DNA of 48,759 nt from Actinomycetes bacterium (GTDB lineage Bacteria; Actinomycetota; Acidimicrobiia; Acidimicrobiales; RAAP-2), in NCBI GenBank assembly GCA_021807265.1, contig JAKAPH010000001.1:1-48759 (forward strand). Direction: 5' to 3'. The notes under the pieces were generated by a model. That model had not been told where the DNA came from. It worked only from the letters and a program-made list of their open reading frames with translations, and did not search any database. This document shows, one piece after another, positions 10,714 through 19,178 of this stretch; the first letter of the stretch is position 1; each line of letters begins with the position of its first letter. A program made the position numbers and the translations under genes.

Positions 10714-11342
10714 CGGCCCAGCACCTCGGCGATCGAGCCCGCGCTGTTCACGCAGAGCACCACGGGCTGGTCGCCGAGCGCGATCGCGCTGATCGAGCAG
10801 GTCGAGATCATCGTGCGCTGGAAGAGGTCGAGGGGTACGCCCTGGGCGAAGGTGACCGCCGCCTTGATGGGGTCGGCGTGGCTGACGAGCACGACGGTCT
10901 CACCGCGGTGTATCCCGGCCAGGCGCTCGATCGTCGTCCAGATCCGGTGCTGCATCCCGGCGAAGGACTCGCCGCCGGGGAAGGTGAAGGTGCTCGGGGC
11001 GTGCTGGACGGCGCGCCACTCGCGGGTCCGGCGCAGCCGCGACAGGGGCTCGCCGGTCCAGTCGCCAAAGTCGCACTCGAGGAGGCCCCGATCGGCGCGC
11101 GCGCGAAGCCCGAGTGCGCGCGCGATCGGCGCGGCGGTCTCGCGGGCGCGCTCGAGGGGCGAGCAGTAGAGGGCGCTCGGGGCGGTGGCGAGTTCGCCGA
11201 GTCGCTCGCCGACCCGCTCGGCCTGGGCCCGGCCGCGGTCGCTCAGGTGCAGGCCCGGCGCCCGGCCGGGCAGGACCGAGCCCGTCGTGGGGGTCTGGCC
11301 GTGGCGTACGAGCAGGACCCGGGTGGCGGTCGGGCGCGTCAC
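10710..11342 (-). CDS. histidine phosphatase, MSMEG_4193 family
   Basis: LVRHG, SPLERARETA, ECDFGDWTG, SHADPIKA, LDLFQR; GTG start overlaps the upstream stop (GTGA). Confidence 0.85.
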   Translation of the reverse strand: MTRPTATRVLLVRHGQTPTTGSVLPGRAPGLHLSDRGRAQAERVGERLGELATAPSALYCSPLERARETAAPIARALGLRARADRGLLECDFGDWTGEPLSRLRRTREWRAVQHAPSTFTFPGGESFAGMQHRIWTTIERLAGIHRGETVVLVSHADPIKAAVTFAQGVPLDLFQRTMISTCSISAIALGDQPVVLCVNSAGSIAEVLGR

Positions 11343-12454
11343 GGGCGGCGAATCGGGATGAGGCGGGGCTTGGGGTCGGCCGTCTCGGGCCAGCGCCGGC
11401 GCGACACCTGGGCGAGCTTGTGCAAGAGGGCGACCGCGCCGGGGTCGTCGTCGCCCGGGCGCACCTCGATGCGCCCGCCGTCGATGAGGCCCTGGAGGAG
11501 CATGCGGCCCAGTTCGGTGCGCACGATGAGCAGTGTCCAGTCGCCGAAGGCGCCGATGCCGCCCGCGGCGATGTCGGCGTGCTCGGCGGCAAAATCGGGG
11601 CACTGCTGGCAGCCCTCGCGCGTGTACGCGTGGGCCTCTTTGAGGGGCACCTCGTGCATCGCGCCGTCGCGGGTCCAGATCTGAAAGACGCCCTTGATGT
11701 TCATCTTGACGATGTCTGCGCGCGCGAGCCCGTACTTCGCTTCGAAGAGCTCCTCGAAGATCCGGTCGTCGAAGGTCTTCGAGCAGAGCAGGCCGATGGT
11801 GAGGCTCAGTCGGCGCGCGATCTTGCCGGCCTTGCGCACCTGCATCGCGCCCGGGGCCGAGGCCATGCAACCCATGCCCACCAGCGCGATGCGCTCGGCG
11901 CCGGCGGCGACGGCCTCGGGGTAGGCGAGGAGGTTGGCGCTGTAGGTGTAGCGCGACCCGGCGGTCGCGAGCACCTCGTCGCGTGTTCGAGCCACCGCCG
12001 GCTCGGCCCGCCAGGTGCCCTCGCCCGTGGCACTCACCAGCGCGGCGTCGATGAGGTCGTGCTCGAGTGCGTAGAGCAGGATCGCCGAGACGACCCCGCC
12101 GTCCTGGCCCGCGCCGGCGACCTCGGGGTCGAGGGCCCGAGCGAGCACGACGTCGCCGACGCCGTAGACCTCGTCCTCGGTGCGCTCGCGCCCGACCCGG
12201 TGCACGTCGATCTCGGCCTCCCAGGACCGGAACCGCGGGCAGGCCCGGGTGCACATCGTGCAGCCCTTGATCCCGTGGGTGCAGTCCTCGCGGCCGCCGT
12301 CGATGTCAAGGTGCCAGGGCTTGTAGTGGCCGTCCTGGTCGTCGTAGTCGAGCACGTCGTGGGGACAGGCGACGACGCACGCCGCGCAGCCCGTGCACAG
12401 GCCCGAGGTCACGACCTCGCTGAAGAGTTCGCGCCATTGGGGCTTATCGACCAT
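11339..12454 (-). CDS. FrhB/FdhB-family (F420 hydrogenase/dehydrogenase beta subunit-like) protein with N-terminal ferredoxin domain
   Basis: CTGCAACVVACP and CTMCTRACP Fe-S motifs; QDGGVVS, AGSRY, VGMGC, IGLLCSKTF, GCQQCPDFAAEHADI. Confidence 0.85.
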   Translation of the reverse strand: MVDKPQWRELFSEVVTSGLCTGCAACVVACPHDVLDYDDQDGHYKPWHLDIDGGREDCTHGIKGCTMCTRACPRFRSWEAEIDVHRVGRERTEDEVYGVGDVVLARALDPEVAGAGQDGGVVSAILLYALEHDLIDAALVSATGEGTWRAEPAVARTRDEVLATAGSRYTYSANLLAYPEAVAAGAERIALVGMGCMASAPGAMQVRKAGKIARRLSLTIGLLCSKTFDDRIFEELFEAKYGLARADIVKMNIKGVFQIWTRDGAMHEVPLKEAHAYTREGCQQCPDFAAEHADIAAGGIGAFGDWTLLIVRTELGRMLLQGLIDGGRIEVRPGDDDPGAVALLHKLAQVSRRRWPETADPKPRLIPIRRP

Positions 12455-12501
12455 CCACTCATGCTAGTGAGGCGGTCCTTCGCACCCGCTACCCTGACCC
12501 G

Positions 12502-13284
12502 GTGCCCGAAGTGCTGGAGATCGAGTCCTACCGACAGCTCGCCGATCGCGTCGTGGGCGCTACCGTCATGCGCGGCTGGGCCGACCTCTACGCCGCGAAG
12601 AAGCTCAGCGCACCGGGCGCGTGGGCGCGCGCGGTGCGCGGGCTCACCATCACCGACACCGCCCGGCGGGGCAAGCTGCTCGTGCTGCACACCGACGGGG
12701 TCACCCTGGGCCTGCGCTTCGGGATGACCGGGGTGCTGCTGCTCGACGGCGAGGCGGGCCTCGAGGGGCTCTTCTACGGCCCCCACGACTATCGCGCCGA
12801 CTGGGTGCGCGCGGGGCTCGAGTTCGCCGACGGCCGCCGGCTCGTGGTGCACGACCCGCGGCGCCTGGCGCGCGTCGAGCTCGACCCCGACCTCGACGAG
12901 CTCGGGGCCGACGCCCTGGCGATGACCCGCTCGGCCCTCGATGCCGCGCTCGCGTCGCGCGGGGAGGGCCCGGCGATCAAGGCGCGACTGCTCGACCAGT
13001 CGCGCATCGCCGGGGTGGGCAACCTGCTGGCTGACGAAATGCTGTTTCGCGCCGGCATCGACCCGCGCACCCCCGTCGGGCGACTGGACCCCGCCCAGCG
13101 CGCGGCGCTCTATAAGGCCTTCACCCAGACGATGCGCTCGCTCGGCAAGCGCGGCGGGTCCCACACCGGCGACCACATGGCGGCGCGCTTTCCCGGCGGA
13201 CTGTGCCCGCGCGACGGTGCGGCGATGCGCATCGACACGGTCGGGGGGCGCACGACCTACTGGTGCAGCCGGCACCAGTCCTAG
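12502..13284 (+). CDS. Fpg/Nei family DNA glycosylase
   Basis: N-terminal PE, RRGKLL, GMTG, DPRRLA, LLDQSRIAGVGNLLADE (H2TH), GGRTTYWC. Confidence 0.88.
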   Translation: MPEVLEIESYRQLADRVVGATVMRGWADLYAAKKLSAPGAWARAVRGLTITDTARRGKLLVLHTDGVTLGLRFGMTGVLLLDGEAGLEGLFYGPHDYRADWVRAGLEFADGRRLVVHDPRRLARVELDPDLDELGADALAMTRSALDAALASRGEGPAIKARLLDQSRIAGVGNLLADEMLFRAGIDPRTPVGRLDPAQRAALYKAFTQTMRSLGKRGGSHTGDHMAARFPGGLCPRDGAAMRIDTVGGRTTYWCSRHQS

Positions 13285-13394
13285 GCCGCGCCAAGTCACC
13301 GAGCCGGCTCGCGCCTGGCGTACGCTCCGCAGTAGGTAATTCAGAGCGTCAATGAGGCCGCGACTGGGTGGGTCTCACGGCGCGTGGGGAGGCC

Positions 13395-14798
13395 ATGATG
13401 GACAGAGACCCGAGGACGTCGCGCCGCAGTTGGGCCGAGCCGTTCCGCATCAAGATGGTGGAGCCGATCACGGTGACCACCCGCGAGCATCGCGAGCGCG
13501 CGATCGCGAGCGCCGGGTGGAACACGTTCCTGCTTCGCGCCGAGGACGTCTACATCGACCTGCTCACCGACTCGGGGACCAACGCGATGTCTGACCGGCA
13601 GTGGGCGGCACTCATGCTCGGCGACGAGGCTTACGCCGGGAGCCGTTCCTACTACCACCTTGAGGACGCGGTGCGCGACGTCTACGGCTACGAGGAGCTC
13701 GTGCCGACCCACCAGGGCCGCGGCGCCGAGCACATCCTGAGCCAGATCCTCATCAAGCCCGGCGACGCGGTGCCGGGCAACATGTACTTCACGACGACCC
13801 GCTTCCACCAGGAGCGGGCCGGCGGGACCTTCGTTGACGTGATCGTCGACGAGGCCCACGACCCCGCGAGCACCTATCCCTTCAAGGGCAACGTCGACCT
13901 CGACAAGTTCCGTGCCGTCATCGACGGGTACGGCGCGAGCCGCGTGCCCTACATCTCGGTCGAGACCAACGTCAACATGGCCGGCGGCCAGCCCCTCTCC
14001 ATGGCGAATCTGCGCGCCACCTACGAGCTCTGCCGCGAGCACGGCATCTACCTGATGCTCGACGCCACGCGGGCCGTCGAGAACGCCTGGTTCATCAAGC
14101 AGCGCGAACCGGGCTATCAGGACAAGAGCGTGCGCGAGATCCTGCGCGAGATCTGCAGCTACTCCGACGGCGCGACGGTCTCCTCGAAGAAGGACAACCT
14201 CGTGAACATCGGGGGCTTTCTCGCCCTGCGCGACCCCGAGCTGGCTCGTCGCGCGCGCGGCCTGCTCGTGGCCTTCGAGGGCCTGCACACCTACGGCGGC
14301 ATGTCCGGGCGCGACATGGAGGCCCTCGCCCAGGGGATCCGCGAGATGGTCGAGACCGACGACCACATCGCCGCGCGCATCGGCCAGGTCGAGTACCTGG
14401 GCAACAAGCTCATCGACGAGGACGTGCCCATCGTGCTGCCGATCGGCGGGCACGGCATCTTCCTCGACGCCCGGGCGATCCTGGCGCACATCCCCCAAGA
14501 GCAGCTCCCGGCCCAGGCGCTGGCCGCCGCGCTCTACGTCGACTCCGGGGTGCGCTCGATGGAGCGCGGGGTCGTGTCGGCCGGACGCGACCCCGTCACG
14601 GGGGAGAACCACCTGCCCAAGCTCGAACTGGTGCGCCTCACGATCCCGCGGCGCGTCTACACCCAGGCTCACATGGACGTCGTCGCCGAGTCGGTGGTCG
14701 AGGTGGTCGCGAATGCCGACGAGGTCGCGGGGCTGCGCTTCACCTACGAGCCCGAGGACCTCCGGTTCTTCCTCGCGCGCTTCGAGCCGATCGGCTGA
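13395..14798 (+). CDS. tpl: tyrosine phenol-lyase (PLP beta-eliminating lyase)
   Basis: IDLLTDSGT, GDEAYAGS, HQGRGAE, SSKKD (PLP Lys); TPL-type FTTTR, SMERG, LRFF motifs; GGAGG RBS. Confidence 0.82.
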   Translation: MMDRDPRTSRRSWAEPFRIKMVEPITVTTREHRERAIASAGWNTFLLRAEDVYIDLLTDSGTNAMSDRQWAALMLGDEAYAGSRSYYHLEDAVRDVYGYEELVPTHQGRGAEHILSQILIKPGDAVPGNMYFTTTRFHQERAGGTFVDVIVDEAHDPASTYPFKGNVDLDKFRAVIDGYGASRVPYISVETNVNMAGGQPLSMANLRATYELCREHGIYLMLDATRAVENAWFIKQREPGYQDKSVREILREICSYSDGATVSSKKDNLVNIGGFLALRDPELARRARGLLVAFEGLHTYGGMSGRDMEALAQGIREMVETDDHIAARIGQVEYLGNKLIDEDVPIVLPIGGHGIFLDARAILAHIPQEQLPAQALAAALYVDSGVRSMERGVVSAGRDPVTGENHLPKLELVRLTIPRRVYTQAHMDVVAESVVEVVANADEVAGLRFTYEPEDLRFFLARFEPIG

Positions 14799-14895
14799 GC
14801 CGGTGTCAGACGACACCCGTGCGGGGGGACCCGGCGTAGGTAAATATTTGCTAGTAACGGGCCGACGGCGCGTGAATTTGCGAGAGAATGCCTAA

Positions 14896-15534
14896 ATGTC
14901 CTCGTTCGTCCAGCACTACGGCTACTTCGCGCTGTTCCTCCTTGCCATCGCCGAGTCGGCCCTCATCCCGATCCCCTCGGAGGTGACCTTCGGCTTCGCG
15001 GGTGCCCTCGCCACCTCGGCTGTGACCGGACACGCCCAGTTCTCGATCCTCGGCATCGTGGTCGTGGGGGTGGTCGGCTCGCTCATCGGCTCGGTGATCG
15101 CCTACGAGGTCGGGCGCACCGTCGGGCGCGCCATCGTCGACCGGTGGGGCAAGTGGATCCTGCTCACCCACGGGGACCTCGACGCCGCCGAGCGCTGGTT
15201 CGCTCGCTACGGCGCCGCCTCGGTGCTGATCGGCCGCGTGCTGCCCGTCGTGCGCACGGTGATCTCGTTGCCCGCGGGCGTCGCGGAGATGAAGCGCGGG
15301 CCCTTCGCGATCCTCACGGTCATCGGCTCGGCGATCTGGATCGGACTGCTGACGGGACTGGGCTACGCCGCCGGGTCGAACTGGACCCGGGTGAGCCACG
15401 ACTTCCACCTCTTGCAGACCCCGACGATCATCATCATCGTGTTGTTGCTGGCGTGGGGCTTCTGGCACCGGGTGCGGGCCGTGCGCCGGTACCACGCCGG
15501 CGCGCCGAGCGGCCGCGGCCGTCACGCGAAGTAG
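14896..15534 (+). CDS. DedA family membrane protein
   Basis: ESALIPIPSE, WFARYG, GRVLPVVRTVISLPAG. Confidence 0.9.
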   Translation: MSSFVQHYGYFALFLLAIAESALIPIPSEVTFGFAGALATSAVTGHAQFSILGIVVVGVVGSLIGSVIAYEVGRTVGRAIVDRWGKWILLTHGDLDAAERWFARYGAASVLIGRVLPVVRTVISLPAGVAEMKRGPFAILTVIGSAIWIGLLTGLGYAAGSNWTRVSHDFHLLQTPTIIIIVLLLAWGFWHRVRAVRRYHAGAPSGRGRHAK

Positions 15535-15596
15535 CCGGTCGTCCCGCGGCTGGTGACCCGAGGTCGGTCGGGCGCGTCCGGTAACCTTCCTTCACG

Positions 15597-16973
15597 ATGA
15601 GGCACGTTCGCGCCGCGACCCGCACGATCGTGGCCGCGGCCACGTTGGCGGGGGCCGTCGTCGCCGTTGCGGGTTCGCCGAGCGCGGCGAGCGGGTACCT
15701 CACGTCGATCGGCGAGTGGCAGACGATCGCGCCGAGCGGCAGCGACCTCGGTCTCGCGATGGACAACGGCGGCAACCTGCTCAGCTTCGCCCAGCCCGGC
15801 CAGCTCGACCTCTACGCCCGGTCCGCGCTCTCCACGGCGATGGCCGGCGTGCCCTCGTCGGGCCCGACGCGCAAGCTCGCGATCGTGAACGCCGACGTGC
15901 GCAGCGTCGCGGGCATCGCGGTCACCGACTCGGGCACCATCTTCTTTGACACCGGCTCCTCGAGCACGATCTGGGTCCTCGTGCCCTCGACGCACACGCT
16001 CACCGGTCTCGGGCTGTCCTCGGCGCCCACGTCGGGGTACTCGGGCCTCGCCCTCTCGGCGGACCAGCGCTACCTCTACGCGGCCAACGAGCGCACCGGC
16101 AAGGTCTACCGGATCAACCTCTCGAGCATGCAGGTCACGACGGCCTTCGACTCGGCGGGCGACGGGCTCCAGGGCCTGGCCATGGACGTCGTCGGCAACC
16201 TCGACGTCGTGGGCCAGAGCGGGGCCGTCTACTCGGTATCGGCCGGCGCGCTGGCGGCCGGGGTGACCGCGACGCTCGGCCGGGGGGCGACGGCCATCGC
16301 CTACCTCGGCGCGCACGCGAACCCCGCCGGGCTCGCCGTGGACGGCGCGAACAACGTCTACGTGTCGGCCTGCTCGGTCGATTCGAAGCCCCACCTCGCG
16401 ATCGGCGTGATCACGAGCGGGGCCGCGGCGCACGCGCGCGCCATCGGTGCGCCGGCGACGACGGGCAACGGCGGCCTCGTGACCATCGCGAGCACGCGGG
16501 CCGAACCCTCCTTCACGTGCATCGAGCCCCTCGCGGTCGCCGACGGCGTCCTCTACGCGGGGGACTGGCACAACTCGAAGATCTGGGGATTGCCGCTTCG
16601 CGACCTCGGCCGGCTGATCAACCGGGCGCCGGCGACGTCGGGGCGCGTGCAGCTGACGCGCACCGCGACGACGCTGCTCGCGACCTGGCCGGCCGCGCCC
16701 AACGCGATCGACTACGTCTGCACGCTCATGGCGAGTGCCGCGGTGCCGACGTCCTTCCGTGAGACGACGGTTTCCACGGCGTGCTGGTTCGGCGGTCTCA
16801 CCACGACCGAGCGGTTCGGCGTGCGCGTCGTCGCCAACGGCGCCTCGAGCGAGGTCGTCGGCTACGCCCCGGCCCCGCCCATGGCGACGATCACCTGCAA
16901 ACGCGACACGACAATCCGGCGCGTCCAGTCCTACGCGCCGCGCTGTCCCGCGGGCTACTCGCGCGTTCGCTGA
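15597..16973 (+). CDS. secreted beta-propeller (NHL-like) protein with FN3-like and small Cys-pair C-terminal domains
   Basis: Signal peptide; repeated GLAMD/GIAVT/GLAVDGANNVYV blades; WPAAPNAIDYVCT...FGGLT...VRVVAN FN3-like segment. Confidence 0.65.
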   Translation: MRHVRAATRTIVAAATLAGAVVAVAGSPSAASGYLTSIGEWQTIAPSGSDLGLAMDNGGNLLSFAQPGQLDLYARSALSTAMAGVPSSGPTRKLAIVNADVRSVAGIAVTDSGTIFFDTGSSSTIWVLVPSTHTLTGLGLSSAPTSGYSGLALSADQRYLYAANERTGKVYRINLSSMQVTTAFDSAGDGLQGLAMDVVGNLDVVGQSGAVYSVSAGALAAGVTATLGRGATAIAYLGAHANPAGLAVDGANNVYVSACSVDSKPHLAIGVITSGAAAHARAIGAPATTGNGGLVTIASTRAEPSFTCIEPLAVADGVLYAGDWHNSKIWGLPLRDLGRLINRAPATSGRVQLTRTATTLLATWPAAPNAIDYVCTLMASAAVPTSFRETTVSTACWFGGLTTTERFGVRVVANGASSEVVGYAPAPPMATITCKRDTTIRRVQSYAPRCPAGYSRVR

Positions 16974-17056
16974 GGCCCCGGCCCGACGGTTCCGCCTCGT
17001 CCCGGTGTCACCGCTGCGCTGACGTGACGCCGATGCTGGTCCTCGCTACCGCACCG

Positions 17057-17821
17057 TCACAGGGGCGTCACGTAGGCCCCGGCGATCCCGCCGTCGACGA
17101 GGAACGTCGAGGCGGTCACGAAGGACGAGTCGTCCGAAGCGAGGAACAGCACCGCACCGGCGATCTCCTCGGGCTCGGCGAAGCGGCCCATGGGCACGTG
17201 GATCAGGCGCCGCGCGGCCCGCTCGGGGTCCTTGGCGAAGAGTTCCTGGAGTAGGGGCGTGTTCACCGGTCCCGGGCACAGGGCGTTCACCCGCACGCCC
17301 TCGCGCGCGAATTGCACCGCGAGCTCGCGGCTCATCGAGAGCACGCCGCCCTTGGAGGCGCTGTAGGAGATCTGCGAGGTGGCCGAACCCATCACCGCGA
17401 CGAAGGAGGCGGTGTTGATGACCGACCCGCCGCCGCGCTCGAGCAGGTGGGGGATCCCGTAGCGACAGCACAGGTAGACCGAGGTCAGGTTGATGTCTTG
17501 GACCTTGCGCCAGGCCGCGAGGTCGGTCGTGAGGATCGAGTCGTCTTCGGGCGGCGAGATGCCGGCGTTGTTAAAGAGCACGTCGATGCCCCCGCAGGTG
17601 GCCTTGGTCGTCTCATAGAGCGTCTTCACGCTGTCCTCGTCGGCCACGTCAACGGCGACGAAGAGCCCGCCGATCTCCTCGGCGAGCGTCGTGCCGTTGG
17701 CCGCGTCGAGGTCCACCACCACCACGCTGGCGCCCTCGGCGGCGAAGCGGCGCGCCGTCGCGCGCCCGATGCCGCTCGCCGCCCCCGTGATCACCGCGAC
17801 CTTGTTGTCCAGTCGTCCCAT
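17057..17821 (-). CDS. short-chain dehydrogenase (Rv2857c/SCO1611-like)
   Basis: TGAASGIG, NNAG, YSASKGG, LCPGPVNT. Confidence 0.88.
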   Translation of the reverse strand: MGRLDNKVAVITGAASGIGRATARRFAAEGASVVVVDLDAANGTTLAEEIGGLFVAVDVADEDSVKTLYETTKATCGGIDVLFNNAGISPPEDDSILTTDLAAWRKVQDINLTSVYLCCRYGIPHLLERGGGSVINTASFVAVMGSATSQISYSASKGGVLSMSRELAVQFAREGVRVNALCPGPVNTPLLQELFAKDPERAARRLIHVPMGRFAEPEEIAGAVLFLASDDSSFVTASTFLVDGGIAGAYVTPL

Positions 17822-19176
17822 CAGTCCTCCGTTGCAATAAAGACGTTCTTCTCTTCGCTGAAGCTCCTGAGCGCGTCGGGCCCGAGCTCGCGGCCGAGGC
17901 CGGACTGCTTGAAGCCGCCGAAGGGCGTCGAGTAGCGCACCGAGGAGTTCGAGTTGACCGACAGGGTGCCGGTCTCGATGCCTCGCGCCACGCGCAGCGC
18001 CCGGCCGATGTCGCGCGTCCAGATCGAGCCCGAGAGGCCGAAGGGCCCATCGTTGGCGAGTCGGATCGCCTCGTCTTCGTCGTCAAAGCGCACGACCGAG
18101 ACGACGGGCCCGAAGATCTCCTCGCGATAGGAGGGGCTCGTCAGGTCCGTGGTGGCGAGCACCGTCGGGGCGAACCAGTAGCCCGGGCCCTCGGGCGCCG
18201 TGCCGCGGAAGGCGACGCTCGCCTCGTCGACGTAGCCGGCGACGGTGTCGCACTGGGCCGCGCTGATGAGCGGGCCCATCTCGGCTTCGTCGCGGCTCGG
18301 GTCCATCACCTTGACCTTCTTCACCGCCACCTCGAAGAGCTCCATGAAACGCTCATAGGCCGAGGTCTGCACGAAGATGCGCGAGCGCGCACAGCAGTCC
18401 TGGCCCGCGTTGTCAAAGACGGCGTAGGGCGCCATAGCGGCGGCCTTCTCGAGGTCGGCGTCGGCGAAGATCACGTTGGCGCTCTTGCCGCCGAGCTCAA
18501 GGGTCAGTCGCTTCACGCTCTGCGCGCAGCGCTCCATGACCCGCTGGCCCACCGCATTGGAGCCGGTGAAGCAGATCTTTCGCACGTCGGGGTGGCTGAT
18601 GAGCCGGTCGCCCACCGTGGCGCCTTCGCCCGTGACGACCGTGAAGACGCCCTCGGGCAGGCCCGCCTCGAGGGCCAGCTCGCCGATGCGCATCGCCGTG
18701 AGTGGCGTCAGTGCGGCCGGCTTGAGCAGTACCGTGTTGCCCGCGGCGAGCGCCGGGCCGAAGCCCCAGCCGGCGATGGGCATCGGGAAGTTCCACGGCG
18801 CGATGATGCCCACCACGCCGAGCGGCTCGTAGAAAGTGATGTCCACGCCGCCGGCCACGGGGATCTGCTTGCCGGCGTGGCGCTCGGGCGCCCCTGAGTA
18901 GTACGCGAGCACGTCGCGCACGTTGCCCGCCTCCCAGCGCGCGTTGCCGATGGTGTGGCCCGAGTTGGCCACCTCGAGCTGGGCGAGCTCCTCGTTGTGG
19001 GCGTCGACGACCTCAGCGAAGCGCCGCAGGAGGCGCGCCCGGTCGGCCGGGGTCACGGCACGCCAGGTTGGCGCCGCCGCGCGGGCCCGGGCGATGAAGG
19101 CATCGGTCTCGTCGACCGAGTGCATGGGGACGTGGGCGATGACGCCCTCGGTGGCAGGGTTGATGATGTCGCGCAT
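17821..19176 (-). CDS. aldehyde dehydrogenase (Rv2858c/SCO1612-like)
   Basis: PWNFP, FTGS, LELGGKS, AGQDCCA, EEIFGPV, PFGGFKQSG; start MRDIINPATE. Confidence 0.92.
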   Translation of the reverse strand: MRDIINPATEGVIAHVPMHSVDETDAFIARARAAAPTWRAVTPADRARLLRRFAEVVDAHNEELAQLEVANSGHTIGNARWEAGNVRDVLAYYSGAPERHAGKQIPVAGGVDITFYEPLGVVGIIAPWNFPMPIAGWGFGPALAAGNTVLLKPAALTPLTAMRIGELALEAGLPEGVFTVVTGEGATVGDRLISHPDVRKICFTGSNAVGQRVMERCAQSVKRLTLELGGKSANVIFADADLEKAAAMAPYAVFDNAGQDCCARSRIFVQTSAYERFMELFEVAVKKVKVMDPSRDEAEMGPLISAAQCDTVAGYVDEASVAFRGTAPEGPGYWFAPTVLATTDLTSPSYREEIFGPVVSVVRFDDEDEAIRLANDGPFGLSGSIWTRDIGRALRVARGIETGTLSVNSNSSVRYSTPFGGFKQSGLGRELGPDALRSFSEEKNVFIATED

Positions 19177-19178
19177 GG

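Noticed and set aside
13285-13394. Possible TnaC-like leader peptide upstream of the lyase
   Set aside because: No short ORF with the TnaC W-x3-D...P-stop pattern; enzyme looks like TPL
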